A DNA stretch of 64,000 nt from an uncultured Actinomycetes bacterium (GCA_963776425.1 CAVZMG010000002.1:729820-793819); one strand, 5' to 3'; shown: positions 48,621-58,966, counted from the first letter of the stretch. The notes: generated from the sequence alone by a model not told the origin. Numbers and translations: made by a program.

Positions 48621-51600
48621 ATGTTCCTGCGCCAGATCCAGATCCGCGGCTTCAAGTCGTTCGCCGACAAGACCGTCCTGGAGTTCATCCCGGGCGTGAG
48701 CGTCATCGTCGGCCCGAACGGCTCCGGGAAGTCCAACCTCGTCGATGCGATCAGCTGGGTCCTGGGAGAGCAGGGCGCACGCGCTCTCCGTGGTGGACAG
48801 ATGGCAGATGTGATCTTCGCGGGGACACCTTCGCGCCCCGCGCTCGGCATGGCCGAGGTGAAGCTCGTGATCGACAACTCGGCCGGCAAGATCCCGGTGC
48901 CGATGTCGGAGATCGAGGTCAGCCGCACGATCTTCCGTTCGGGCGATAGTGAGTACCGGATCAACGGACAGGTGGTGCGTCTCCTGGACGTCCAGGAGTT
49001 GCTGTCGGAGACGGGGATCGGCCGGGCCCTCCACACGGTCGTGGGACAGGGACAGCTCGAAGAGGTGCTGCTGGCTCGTCCGGAGGAGCGTCGCAAGTAC
49101 ATCGAGGAAGCAGCCGGGATCGCCAAGCATCGGCGTCGCAAGGAACGGGCCGAACGCAAGCTGTCCGGCCTCGACCAGGATCTGCTCCGGCTCCAGGACG
49201 TCCTCGGCGAGCTCCGTCGACAGCTCAAGCCGCTCCAGCAACAGGCGGAGATGGCCAAGAAGCACGAGGCGCTCACCGCGCAGGCCGAAGAGCTGTCGCG
49301 CAAGCTCGCCGCGGCTCGCTTGCGGGCTCTCTTGCGCGAGAAGGAGCGCCGACAGCACGGGTGGAACGAAGGGCTCGAGGCGCGGAAGGCCGCTCGTGAT
49401 CGACTCGACGGTCTCGACGGCGAGGTCCTGCGGGTCGCCGACGAGCGCGCGGCGAGCTCGCGGGTCTTGGCAGATGCCGAGCAACGAGCACGAGCCTCCC
49501 AAGCGGATCGGGCGCACGCCGAACACCTGCTGCGCGCGGCGGTGGAGCGCGAGGGGGCCGCGCGCGAGGATCTATCTGCCGAGGCCTCGCGCACCGTCCG
49601 GTTGGATGCCGTGGACCGAGAGTTGGGGGCGGCGCAGGCGCGGCTGGCGCGTGTGCTCGAGGAGCTCGAGCGAGGTGAACGCGAGCTCGAAGAGGCGGAG
49701 ACCGCGTTCCGGGCGGCCGAGGAGCGACGCCGGGAGGCGGAGGACCTTCGCCGCCAGATGGGCGAGCAGGCGGCGGGGCGCCGGGCGGAGATCGAGTCGC
49801 TGCATCGCAGCGTCGCGTCATCCGAACGCGAGCGTGAGCGGCTCGACGGAACGCTCCGCGAGGTCGTCGAGCGGGTGCGGACGATCGAGGCCGAGCGCGA
49901 GGGGCTGGAAGCGGACATCGAACGGCTGGACGCCCAGTCATCGCCGCTCGCCGATCGGCTGGGCACGCTCGAGCAGGAGCGGCGGGGATCGATCGAGAAG
50001 ATCGAGGAGCTCGAGGAGGCCGAGCGACGCCATCAGGCTCGGCGCGACCTGCTGGAAGCCCGGCGCATCGACATCGAAGAGACGGCGGGGTCGCGGTTCC
50101 TGAAGAGCCACCGGGGACGTGGCGTCGGTCTGCTCCGCGATCTCGTACGCGCGGAACCTGGTCTCGAGCGAGCGTTGATCGCGGCGCTCGGTCCGCTCGC
50201 TGACGCCGTGGTCTACGACGACGGCGACCGTGCGCTCGCCGACGCGTCCGACGGGGACGGAGCGATCCTGGCGATCGCGCGCGGGGGTCCGGTCGCCCTC
50301 GGGTTGCGCGGCGAGCGGGCGCTGCTGTCGGCGGTCCACGCCGAGCCAGCGGCTCGCGGCATCGCTAGCACCGTCTTGCGGGACGTCTACCTCGCCGGCG
50401 ACGTCCAGGAGGCCGCCGAGAAGCAGACCCAGCACCCCACCGCGTCGTTCGTCACGCCGGAGGGCGTGTTGATCGGCCCGGCCGTGATCCATACGGCGAA
50501 GGAGGTCGATGCCCGGGCCCGCGAGATCCGAGCGGAGCTCCAGGTCCTGGAGCACGATCTCGCGGGAGCACGGAACGCGTTGAAGCCCAAGCGGGAGCGC
50601 CTCCACGAGCTCGCGGGCGAGGCGCTGTTCCTGCAGGAGCAGATCGACGCGGCCGATGCGGAGATCACCGCCTCGGCGGAACGGCTCTCCGGACTCGCGT
50701 CGGAGCTCGTCGGTGCGCGCAAGGAGGAGGAGCTCCTGGGTCAGCGCCTGGCCGCGATCGATGAGGGGATCGCCGGATGGCGCGATCGTCTCAGCCAGGT
50801 CGGGCCGATGACCGAAGAGCTCCCCGAGCTCCCGCCGAACCCGCAGGCGCCGGTTTCGGCCCGCGTCGAGGTGGAGACGCTCCGGCGCGATCGATCCGCG
50901 CTCGACGCGCGGCTCATCGAGCTCCGCGGCGAGCGCGATGTGCTGGCGGGCCAAGACCCCGTTCAGCTCCGAGCTGCGCTCGAGCGAGCGGAGTCTGAGC
51001 GAGCGGAGGCGGAGGTGGCGCTCGAGCGAGCTGAGGAGACCGCCGGATCGGCGACCGCGGCTCGCGACGCAGCCTCCGAGGCCGAGCGTGAACGCGCGGA
51101 AGCGGAGGCCGACGTGAACCGAAGGTGGCGCGAGGCATCCACCGAGCTGGACCGTCTCCGGGAGACCTACGAGGACGACGATCGCATGCGCGGCGACATC
51201 GAACGGCGCGTCGCCGACGCCGAACGCCTGCTCCGCGAGGGACATGAGCGGTCGCCCGCCGATGCGCTCGCGGAGCTCGACGAGGACGATTCCGTGGAGT
51301 CCCTCGGCAAGCGATCGGAGCTCGTCCAGCGCCGGCTCGCGCTGGTCGGCCGGGTGAACCTCCTCGCGACCGGTGAGTTCGAAGCGGTCCAGGAACGCCA
51401 CGACTTCATGGCGCGCGAGCTCGACGACGTCCGCAAGGCACGCCGGGACCTGCTCGAAGTGATCGCGCAGGTCGACCGCGAGATCACCGAGACGTTCGAG
51501 ACCGCCTACCGTGATGTCGCCCTCCAGTTCGAGCGGCTCGTCGCCGAGCTCTTCCCCGGCGGCTCCGGTCGACTGGTGCTGACCGACCCGGCGCAGCCGC

Positions 51601-52001
51601 TCACGAGCGGGATCGAGATCGAGGCGAGCCCTGGCCGCAAACGGGTGAAGCGGATCTCACTCCTGTCCGGCGGTGAACGGTCGCTCACGGCGATGGCGTT
51701 CCTGTTCGCGATCTTCACCGCGCGACCGAGCCCCTTCTATCTGATGGACGAGGTGGAGCCGGCGCTCGATGACGTCAACCTGCACCGGTTCCTGCGGTTG
51801 GTCGAAGGCTTCGCGCGCGACGCGCAGGTGATGATCGTGACGCACCAGAAGCGGACGATGGAGATCGCCGGGATGATGTACGGCGTCTCGCTGTCGAAGG
51901 ACGGAACGACGAAGGTCGTCTGCCAGCAGATGGCCGATCCCAAGCCCGCCGATGATCCGCCTCCGGCGGTCTTCCTGCCGGAGAGCGAACCCGTCCACTA
52001 G
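48621..52001 (+). CDS. smc: Chromosome segregation protein SMC
   Basis: GFKSFA, GPNGSGKSN, long coiled coils, LLSGGE, MDEVE, IVTH. Confidence 0.96.
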   Translation: MFLRQIQIRGFKSFADKTVLEFIPGVSVIVGPNGSGKSNLVDAISWVLGEQGARALRGGQMADVIFAGTPSRPALGMAEVKLVIDNSAGKIPVPMSEIEVSRTIFRSGDSEYRINGQVVRLLDVQELLSETGIGRALHTVVGQGQLEEVLLARPEERRKYIEEAAGIAKHRRRKERAERKLSGLDQDLLRLQDVLGELRRQLKPLQQQAEMAKKHEALTAQAEELSRKLAAARLRALLREKERRQHGWNEGLEARKAARDRLDGLDGEVLRVADERAASSRVLADAEQRARASQADRAHAEHLLRAAVEREGAAREDLSAEASRTVRLDAVDRELGAAQARLARVLEELERGERELEEAETAFRAAEERRREAEDLRRQMGEQAAGRRAEIESLHRSVASSERERERLDGTLREVVERVRTIEAEREGLEADIERLDAQSSPLADRLGTLEQERRGSIEKIEELEEAERRHQARRDLLEARRIDIEETAGSRFLKSHRGRGVGLLRDLVRAEPGLERALIAALGPLADAVVYDDGDRALADASDGDGAILAIARGGPVALGLRGERALLSAVHAEPAARGIASTVLRDVYLAGDVQEAAEKQTQHPTASFVTPEGVLIGPAVIHTAKEVDARAREIRAELQVLEHDLAGARNALKPKRERLHELAGEALFLQEQIDAADAEITASAERLSGLASELVGARKEEELLGQRLAAIDEGIAGWRDRLSQVGPMTEELPELPPNPQAPVSARVEVETLRRDRSALDARLIELRGERDVLAGQDPVQLRAALERAESERAEAEVALERAEETAGSATAARDAASEAERERAEAEADVNRRWREASTELDRLRETYEDDDRMRGDIERRVADAERLLREGHERSPADALAELDEDDSVESLGKRSELVQRRLALVGRVNLLATGEFEAVQERHDFMARELDDVRKARRDLLEVIAQVDREITETFETAYRDVALQFERLVAELFPGGSGRLVLTDPAQPLTSGIEIEASPGRKRVKRISLLSGGERSLTAMAFLFAIFTARPSPFYLMDEVEPALDDVNLHRFLRLVEGFARDAQVMIVTHQKRTMEIAGMMYGVSLSKDGTTKVVCQQMADPKPADDPPPAVFLPESEPVH

Positions 52002-52010
52002 CCTGGAACG

Positions 52011-53011
52011 GTGACGTCGTTCCCGATCGTCTTCGCGCTGGCCGCGATCCTGTGCGTCGTGGCCGGGTTCGTGGTGATCACGCGCCGCCGCTCGATGCTC
52101 CGCGACGACACGGCGACGATCGACGATCCGGCGCTACCGTCCTCACGATCCGCCATCGCCTCCTGCCCCCGGGCTCGGCGCTCGTGTCCGTGCCCTGTTC
52201 GGACGTGGGGTGTCCGCATCGACATGGGTGGAGCTCGAGGATCTCTTGCTGAAGTCCGATGTGGGGCCGCGGGGCGCCGCCGACCTCGTCGCACGGGTCC
52301 GGGCGCGGTTCGATGTCCGGGGTCGATCCGCTCGAGTTGCTCCGTGAGGAGATCATCGCCGTGCTGGGTGTTGACCGTCCGTTGCACCTGGCATCCGATC
52401 GCCTCGCCGTGATCCTCGTGGTCGGTGTCAACGGCTCGGGCAAGACCACGACGATCGGCAAGCTGGCGCGGCGGCTGGCCGACGAGGGTCACACGGTGAG
52501 CCTGGCGGCGAGCGACACGTTCCGGGCGGCCGCCGGGGAACAACTCGACGTCTGGGCACGACGCAGCGGTGCCCACATCGTTTCGCAGGAGAGAGGCGCT
52601 GATCCGGGAGCCGTGGCGTTCGATGCCGTGAAGGCGGCCTCCGCTCGCGGTTCCGACGTGTTGATCGTGGACACCGCCGGCCGGTTGCACACGAAGACCC
52701 CGCTGATGGACGAGCTGGCGAAGGTGAAGCGTGTCATCGCGAAGGCGGGAGGCGAGGTCGACGAGACGTTCTTGGTCCTGGACGCGACGACCGGCCAGAA
52801 CGGCGTTGCGCAAGCCCGTGCGTTCACCGAGGCGGTGGAGGTCACGGGTGTCGTGCTCACGAAGATGGACGGCTCGGCTCGCGGCGGGGGAGTCATCGCC
52901 GTCCGCGAAGAGCTCGGCCTACCCGTGCGGTTCATCGGCACCGGCGAGACCGTGGGCGATCTGCGCCCCTTCGAGGCCGCGGCGTTCGCGGACGGACTTC
53001 TGCGCGGCTAG
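52011..53011 (+). CDS. ftsY: SRP receptor FtsY (frameshifts in 52130-52320, probably sequencing errors)
   Basis: N-terminal TM in one frame; WVELEDLLLKSDVG (N domain) in another; GVNGSGKTTTIGK, DTFR, DTAGR, TKMDG in a third segment. Confidence 0.9.
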
Positions 53012-53013
53012 GT

Positions 53014-53394
53014 ATGGCGACCATCCTGATCGTCGAGGACCACCCCACGATGCGCGACGCGATGCGCTTGGTGCTCGAAGAGGACGGGCACGATGTGGAG
53101 GAAGCCTCTGATGGTGAGACCGGTCTCGACGCCGTACGGGCGCACCCTCCCGATCTCGTCCTGCTGGATCTGAACATCCCCGTCCTGTCGGGCGCGGACG
53201 TGCTCGAGGCGCTTCGCGCGGATCCGGCGACCGATGCGGTGCTCGTCGTGGTCGTGACCGCGACCGGCGAGGAGGGCCGTGCACGCTCCCTCGCTCAGGG
53301 GGCGGATGACTACATCACGAAGCCGTTCAGCCCGCTCGCCCTGCTCCGGACAGTGGAGCGGGTGCTTCGAGGCTCCGCGACGTCGGGATCGTGA
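53014..53394 (+). CDS. Single-domain response regulator (receiver)
   Basis: ILIVEDH, LVLLD, VTA, YITKPF. Confidence 0.92.
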   Translation: MATILIVEDHPTMRDAMRLVLEEDGHDVEEASDGETGLDAVRAHPPDLVLLDLNIPVLSGADVLEALRADPATDAVLVVVVTATGEEGRARSLAQGADDYITKPFSPLALLRTVERVLRGSATSGS

Positions 53395-55153
53395 CGGCGA
53401 ACGCGGCTCCGAGGCCCGGCTCGGACTCGACGGAGATCCATCCCCCCATCGCCTGCGTGAGCTGACGAGCGATGTAGAGCCCGAGCCCGGCACCCTCCGA
53501 ATGCGCGGCCGCGGAGCCCGTCTGGTGGAACCGATCGAAGATGATGTCCAATTCAGCCGGCGGGATGCCGGGCCCTCGGTCGCGGATCGCGAACGTGACC
53601 GTCCCGGTCGAATAGGACCCGGCCGCGAGATGCACGGGTTTGTCCGGAGGGGAGAACTTCAACGCGTTCATCAGCAGGTTGGTGAGGATCTGCATCAGCC
53701 GTTGCGGATCCACGACCAGCTCCTCTGGCATGCCCGGCTCTTCGATCACCGTGACGCGGCTCGCGAGTTCACCGAGCCCCTGCCGGACGCCCACCAACAG
53801 GTCGGCGGTCCTGATCGACTCGGGCACGAACGAGAGCTTGCCGGCCTCGATACGGGAGATCAGCAGCAGGTCCTCGACGAGCCTGATCAACCGATCGGTC
53901 TGCAGGTGGATGATCCCGAGGTACTCCTCGACCTCGCTGGGCGAGAGCTCGCCCTGTCGTCGACGCAGGGCGTCCACGAATCCGCGCACCGCGGTGAGCG
54001 GCGTCCGGAGCTCATGGCTCGTGATCGCGACGAAGTCCGACTTGAGCTCGTCCAGCTCGCGGAGTCGGGCGAGGGTCTCCTCCTGCCGAGCGCGCAGCCG
54101 GGTCGCCTGGACCACGAGCGAGACCTGATCCGCGAGCCGACCCAGAAGCAGCATCCGGTCCCGGTCGAGGGCGCCGGGCTCACTCGCGCGTTCGTGCAGG
54201 ATCCCGATCACACGATCGCCCGCGCGGAGCGGCACCTCGGCCTCGGACCGGTCCGCGCGCAGGTTCGCACGAGAGAAGTCCGGGGCCGTCCCGAACGGCT
54301 CGCTCCCGGCGACGAACCGCGTGCCGCGATCGTAGCCCGGATCGCCGTAGACGCCGGCCGAGACCAACTGCTCCGACCCGTCTTCGCCGGGCTCGAGCAG
54401 CAACACCCCCAGCGACTCGCATCCGAGCTCCCGACCCACCGCTTCAGCGATCGCCTGCATGCCCTCAGCGGGATCCTCGGCCGCCACGCCTGCCAGGATC
54501 GCCGTGTGGAACGCGGAAAGGTCGCGGCGTGCCTCAGCCTCACGCCGCGCGGCCTCCTCCGCCTGTTGCGCCGCCTCTTCGGCCTCGGCCGTCCGTTCGT
54601 TCGCCCGATCTCGTTCCCGGCCGAGGGAGCTCGCGAACATGCCCGCGGCGAGCGCGATGACCGCAGCCATCCCGACCCGGAAGGAGACGGCCGAGCCTAC
54701 GAACCGATACGTGGGGAACTGTTCGGCCAGGTACAGCTCGCGTGCGATCTCGGAGACGAGCAGGATCGGAAGAGGAACGAGTGCGCCCACCAGCCCGTAC
54801 CGCATGGCCCCCTCGATCGGGAGGAGGTAGGCGATGACCCAGGCGGGATCCGAGGGTTTGTGGGCGGCGACCCACACCCACACCACGATCACCACGATGT
54901 CCAGTGCGAACGCGATCGCTCCGACCCATCGGAGTTCGGACGTGCTGGTCGCCCGGCGGCAGATCCGCGTGAACGACAGGTTGCCGATCGCCAAGCCGAC
55001 CGTGAGGACGGCACCGAGCGGTGCGGCGAAGCGTTGGGCGTTCGGGTCGATCGCCTCGACCACGGTCTGCACCGTGCCGTACGCGACGAGGAGCCAGCGG
55101 AGCCGCACCAGCGCGAGCTCCAGGTGCCTCGTCTGTTCCAGGTCCCGCTTCAT
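53327..55153 (-). CDS. Membrane sensor histidine kinase with GAF-like domain
   Basis: Several N-terminal TMs; SHELRTPLT, NLLMNALKF, DRGPGI, GLGL. Confidence 0.93.
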   Translation of the reverse strand: MKRDLEQTRHLELALVRLRWLLVAYGTVQTVVEAIDPNAQRFAAPLGAVLTVGLAIGNLSFTRICRRATSTSELRWVGAIAFALDIVVIVVWVWVAAHKPSDPAWVIAYLLPIEGAMRYGLVGALVPLPILLVSEIARELYLAEQFPTYRFVGSAVSFRVGMAAVIALAAGMFASSLGRERDRANERTAEAEEAAQQAEEAARREAEARRDLSAFHTAILAGVAAEDPAEGMQAIAEAVGRELGCESLGVLLLEPGEDGSEQLVSAGVYGDPGYDRGTRFVAGSEPFGTAPDFSRANLRADRSEAEVPLRAGDRVIGILHERASEPGALDRDRMLLLGRLADQVSLVVQATRLRARQEETLARLRELDELKSDFVAITSHELRTPLTAVRGFVDALRRRQGELSPSEVEEYLGIIHLQTDRLIRLVEDLLLISRIEAGKLSFVPESIRTADLLVGVRQGLGELASRVTVIEEPGMPEELVVDPQRLMQILTNLLMNALKFSPPDKPVHLAAGSYSTGTVTFAIRDRGPGIPPAELDIIFDRFHQTGSAAAHSEGAGLGLYIARQLTQAMGGWISVESEPGLGAAFAVTIPTSRSLEAPAPLSGAGRAG

Positions 55154-55227
55154 GGACGCCTTGCCCCCGGCCCTCGGTACAATCGGCCAGCCGGGCTTTC
55201 CGGCGCACGGCCGCACCCTACGTAGAC

Positions 55228-56586
55228 ATGTTCGACACCCTCACCGATCGCCTGAACGGCGTCTTCAAGAAGCTCCGCTCGCGGGGGAAGCTCCACCCGA
55301 AGCAGGTGGACAATGCCCTGGCTGAGATGCGCACGGCCTTGCTGGAGGCCGATGTCGCCGTCGAGGTGGCCGACGATCTGCTCGCGAGGGTCCGCGAGCG
55401 AGCGCTCTCCGCGGAGGTCATGAAGAGCCTCACCCCCGGCCAGCAGATCGTGAAGGTCGTGGACGAGGAACTCACGACGACGCTCGGTGGTGAACATCGA
55501 CCCTTCACCCTCCCCTCGGCTCATCCCGCCATCGTGATGATGGCGGGCGTGCAGGGCTCGGGCAAGACGACCGCTTGCGCGAAGCTGGCCGCGATGCTGA
55601 AAGCCAAGGGGCGACGGCCGCTCCTGATCGCGGCGGACCTCGATCGGCCGGCCGCGATCGAGCAACTGCGCACGCTGGGCCGCGAGATCGGGGTGCCCGT
55701 GTTCTCGGAGGGGCGCGACCCGGTGAAGGTCGCGCGGGCCGGCGTGAAGGAAGCGGAACGTCAACAGGCCGACGTCGTGATCATCGACACCGCGGGGCGC
55801 CTGCACGTCGACGAGGACATGATGAAGCAAGCCCGCCGGATCCGCGAGGTGACGAAGCCCCACCACGTGCTCATGGCTTGCGACGCGATGACCGGTCAGG
55901 ATGCGGTGATCCAGGCGCGCGCGTTCATGCGCGAGGTCGACACGACCGGGTTCATCCTCACGAAGCTCGACGGCGACGCGCGCGGAGGAGCCGCGCTTTC
56001 GATCACGGCGGTCACCGGTCGCCCGGTGTTCTTCGTGGGGACGGGGGAGAAGCCCACCGACCTGGAGCCGTTCTATCCCGATCGGATGGCAGGCCGGATC
56101 CTCGGCATGGGCGACGTCCTCACGTTGATCGACAAGGCGAAGGAAACCATGGACGCCGAGGCCGCGCGCGCCTCGGCCGAGCAGCTGTTGAAAGGCCAGT
56201 TCACCCTGGACGACTTCCTGACGCAGCTTCGAGAGATGCGGAAGCTCGGTCCGATCCAGGATCTGCTGAAGATGCTCCCAGGGGTTCCCGGGGGCAGGGA
56301 TGCGATGAAGGAGCTGGCGAACCAGGTGGACGACGGCGAGCTCGGGAGGGCGGAGGCCATCATCTGTTCCATGACGTCGGAGGAGCGGCGGAATCCCGCT
56401 ATCATCCATGGGTCCCGGCGCCTGAGGATCGCCAACGGCTCGGGTACCACCACCAGCGACGTCAACGGGTTGCTCAAGGATTTCGAGGGTGCCCGCAAGA
56501 TGATGCGAACCGTGATGGGGGGCAAACGCGTCCCCGGCATGATGAAGATGCCGGCCGGTGCGGCCCCGCAGAGTAAGAAGCGATAA
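55228..56586 (+). CDS. ffh: Signal recognition particle protein
   Basis: ALLEADV, GVQGSGKTT, DTAGR, TKLDGDARGG, RILGMGD, SRRLRIA. Confidence 0.97.
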   Translation: MFDTLTDRLNGVFKKLRSRGKLHPKQVDNALAEMRTALLEADVAVEVADDLLARVRERALSAEVMKSLTPGQQIVKVVDEELTTTLGGEHRPFTLPSAHPAIVMMAGVQGSGKTTACAKLAAMLKAKGRRPLLIAADLDRPAAIEQLRTLGREIGVPVFSEGRDPVKVARAGVKEAERQQADVVIIDTAGRLHVDEDMMKQARRIREVTKPHHVLMACDAMTGQDAVIQARAFMREVDTTGFILTKLDGDARGGAALSITAVTGRPVFFVGTGEKPTDLEPFYPDRMAGRILGMGDVLTLIDKAKETMDAEAARASAEQLLKGQFTLDDFLTQLREMRKLGPIQDLLKMLPGVPGGRDAMKELANQVDDGELGRAEAIICSMTSEERRNPAIIHGSRRLRIANGSGTTTSDVNGLLKDFEGARKMMRTVMGGKRVPGMMKMPAGAAPQSKKR

Positions 56587-56601
56587 CGAGGGGATCGAGA
56601 T

Positions 56602-57156
56602 ATGGCGACGAGGATCAGGCTCCGGCGGTTGGGCGCGAAGAAGCGACCCTTCTACCGGGTCGTGGTGGCCGATCAGCGGAGTCCGCGCGACGGCCGCTTC
56701 ATCGAGAACATCGGTAAGTACCACCCGCTCGAGGACCCATCGTTGATCGAGATCGACGAGGAGCGCGCCCTCCATTGGTTGCGGGTCGGCGCGCAGCCGA
56801 GCGACCAGGTCCGCAACCTGATGGTCAAGGTGGGGATCTGGGATCGGTTCGTCGAGGAGCGCCCCAGCGCATCGACGCTCGTGAAGACGAAGTCCGAGAA
56901 ACCGCCGAAGGAGAAGGTCTCCAAGAAAGCCGCTGCCAGGGCCGCCGCCGAGTCAGAGGCGCTACCCGAGCCGGTATCACCACCCGAGCCGGTATCACCA
57001 CCCGCTGCCGAGGATGCCGTAGCTGTGGTGACGGAGGAAGCTCCCGTGGATGCGACCGCGCCTGCCGAAGTCGAGGCCGACGCACCCGTCGCGGAGGAGG
57101 CCACCGAGATCCCCAGCGAGGCGACCTCCACCGAGGAGGAGAGCGTCGAGTCGTGA
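56602..57156 (+). CDS. rpsP: 30S ribosomal protein S16 with acidic C-terminal tail
   Basis: [32 protein letters not shown]. Confidence 0.96.
   Translation: MATRIRLRRLGAKKRPFYRVVVADQRSPRDGRFIENIGKYHPLEDPSLIEIDEERALHWLRVGAQPSDQVRNLMVKVGIWDRFVEERPSASTLVKTKSEKPPKEKVSKKAAARAAAESEALPEPVSPPEPVSPPAAEDAVAVVTEEAPVDATAPAEVEADAPVAEEATEIPSEATSTEEESVES
56964..57004 (+). repeat. 18-bp tandem repeat (x2.3) in the S16 tail, encoding PEPVSP
   Basis: acccgagccggtatcacc repeated exactly. Confidence 0.85.
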
Positions 57157-57383
57157 GGGAGCTCGTGGAGTTCTTAGCTCGGGAGCTGGTCGACGATCCC
57201 GACGCCGTGTCCGTGACCGAGTCGAACGACCAGCGAGGGATCTTGCTCACGGTCCATGTCGCGCCCGATGACATGGGCAAGGTGATCGGCCGGGGCGGGC
57301 GGACCGCGAAGGCGATCCGTTCCGTCGTTCGGGCCGCCGCCACCCGCCAAGGCGTCTCCGCCCACGTCGATATCGCCGACTGA
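57153..57383 (+). CDS. khpA: KH-domain RNA-binding protein
   Basis: [25 protein letters not shown]. Confidence 0.93.
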   Translation: MRELVEFLARELVDDPDAVSVTESNDQRGILLTVHVAPDDMGKVIGRGGRTAKAIRSVVRAAATRQGVSAHVDIAD

Positions 57384-57902
57384 GTGGCCGAGCCGACCGT
57401 CGTCGTCGGCAAGATCACGAAGGCCCACGGTCTCCGCGGTGAGGTCGTCGTGTTGGTCCTGTCGGACAACCCGGATCGGTTCATCGCGGGTGCGTCGGTA
57501 TTCCTGGAGGATGGGCGTGAGCTCGGCGTCGGCGCCGTCCGTGCGAATGGCGGGCGGCTGTTGGTCTCGTTCCACGGGGTCGAAGACCGGACGCAGGCGG
57601 AGCGTCTGCGGGGCGCCACGCTCGTGGTGCCTACGTCCATGCTGCCGGCCTTGCCACCGGGAGAGTATTGGCCTCACCGATTGATCGGTTGCCGGGTCGT
57701 CTCGGAATCGGGACGGTCGTTGGGCGCGATCGCCGACGTCATCTCGACCCCCGCGAACGACCTCTGGGCCGCGGTCGACGAACAGGGTGTCGAGATCCTC
57801 ATCCCCGCGCTGAAGGAGTTCGTCCTGGACGTGAACGTCGACGAACGTCTCGTGCGGGTCATCGATCACGTGGGTCTGACCGTCCCGGAAGACGAGGGTT
57901 GA
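57384..57902 (+). CDS. rimM: Ribosome maturation factor RimM
   Basis: VGKITKAHGLRGEV, DRTQAERLRG, EYW, ILIP. Confidence 0.94.
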   Translation: MAEPTVVVGKITKAHGLRGEVVVLVLSDNPDRFIAGASVFLEDGRELGVGAVRANGGRLLVSFHGVEDRTQAERLRGATLVVPTSMLPALPPGEYWPHRLIGCRVVSESGRSLGAIADVISTPANDLWAAVDEQGVEILIPALKEFVLDVNVDERLVRVIDHVGLTVPEDEG

Positions 57903-57923
57903 AGGAGAGGCTCGCTCTTCGGG

Positions 57924-58631
57924 CTACAGGCCGGCGATCTTCGCCAATCCGTCGACCTTCTTCAGGACGTAGCGCCGGCCGTCCTTCTCCACGAGCCCGC
58001 GTCGCTGGAACTCGCTGAGCACGCGGGTCACGTTCTCCCGGCTGCCGCCGCAGAGGCTGGCGAGGTCGACGTGCGTGACGGTCGGGACGACCACGCCATC
58101 GTCCGGAAGATCGTCCAGGCTCGGGGTGACCATCTGGAGGAGGCGCTTCGCCACCCGGCCCTTGAGATCGAGGAAGAGCAGGTCGTCGACGAGCGATTGG
58201 TCCGCGTGAACCTGCCTGGCCAGCGCCCGAAGCACGTTCCGGGCGGCCGCCGGCTCCTGCGTGAGGAACGCCACGAAATCCTCGGAATGGACGACCGCGA
58301 CGGTGACATCCTCCAGGGCGAGCGCGCTCGCGGTCCGGTCGATGTCGCCCAACACGCCCAGCTCGCCGAGGAACTGCGGGGTGTCGAGCGTGGCATGGAG
58401 GACCCGGCTGCCGTTCGCCGCCACCGAGCTGATCTCGACCCGGCCATCCACGAGGAAGAAGACATCCGGCGCCGGGTCGCCCTGGTGGCAGAGGTAGGTG
58501 TTGCGGCGGTAGTGGCGGAGGAGGCAGCCTTCGGCGAATCCGGCCACGGCTGACCGCGACACGCCTGCGAGGTATGGAGAATCGCCGAGCGCCCGCTCGA
58601 GGGCCGTCGTCGCGGCGGAAGCCTTCGCCAT
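57924..58631 (-). CDS. Crp/Fnr-family transcriptional regulator
   Basis: cNMP domain QGDP...FLGELGVLGDIDRTASA; HTH THVDLASLCGGSRENVTRVLSEF; TAGGCT -10 7 nt before ATG. Confidence 0.93.
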   Translation of the reverse strand: MAKASAATTALERALGDSPYLAGVSRSAVAGFAEGCLLRHYRRNTYLCHQGDPAPDVFFLVDGRVEISSVAANGSRVLHATLDTPQFLGELGVLGDIDRTASALALEDVTVAVVHSEDFVAFLTQEPAAARNVLRALARQVHADQSLVDDLLFLDLKGRVAKRLLQMVTPSLDDLPDDGVVVPTVTHVDLASLCGGSRENVTRVLSEFQRRGLVEKDGRRYVLKKVDGLAKIAGL

Positions 58632-58670
58632 CCCGCGTAGCCTAGTCGGGTCGGGGAAGGGGCACCAACG

Positions 58671-58701
58671 GAACGAGCCCGGTCGAGGACCGGGCTCGTT
58701 C
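58671..58701 (-). terminator. Hairpin downstream of peptide 1
   Basis: Perfect 14-bp stem GAACGAGCCCGGTC-GAG-GACCGGGCTCGTTC. Confidence 0.75.
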
Positions 58702-58716
58702 GTCGGCACGAAGGCG

Positions 58717-58851
58717 CTACTTGGCGACCTTCTTCCTGCTGACCTTCTTGCGTGAGACCTTCTTGAGGCTCTTGCGCTCGGCAGCGTGACTCGTTGCGGT
58801 CGTCGAGGCCTCAGCTTTGGGCTTCTTCGGTGAGATCTTCTTCTCGGCCAT
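58717..58851 (-). CDS. 44-aa Lys-rich repeat peptide 1: MAEKKISPKKPKAEASTTATSHAAERKSLKKVSRKKVSRKKVAK
   Basis: Translated by hand (below the ORF-track cutoff); RBS GGGAGGTGG; paralog of peptide 2; own hairpin. Confidence 0.85.
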   Translation of the reverse strand: MAEKKISPKKPKAEASTTATSHAAERKSLKKVSRKKVSRKKVAK

Positions 58852-58913
58852 CTGGATTCCACCTCCCCCCTCGTTCCATGCGTTGCATCGTCACCCACGC
58901 TCACGTTCCCGGC

Positions 58914-58952
58914 GGTGCTGCTCGTCGCGGATCGGCTGTGTCGTCCATCACA
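58914..58952. promoter_or_regulatory. CRP-type box(es) upstream of peptide 1
   Basis: TGTGT-cgtcca-TCACA at 58937-58952; degenerate GGTGC-tgctcg-TCGCG at 58914-58929. Confidence 0.6.
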
Positions 58953-58966
58953 TCACCGAGATGACA

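Noticed and set aside
52011-53011. ftsY as a pseudogene or programmed frameshift
   Set aside because: Normally essential gene with intact GTPase motifs; clustered indels fit sequencing error better
53279-55225. Long antisense or alternate-frame ORFs (e.g. 53279..55225 +, 39193..41352 +, 42382..44091 -, 55150..56775 -)
   Set aside because: Shadow ORFs of real genes, expected in high-GC DNA; Arg/Pro-rich with no motifs
56860-57156. Acidic low-complexity tails on S16 (and L19, 63330-63526) as novel domains
   Set aside because: Such extensions are common on actinobacterial ribosomal proteins
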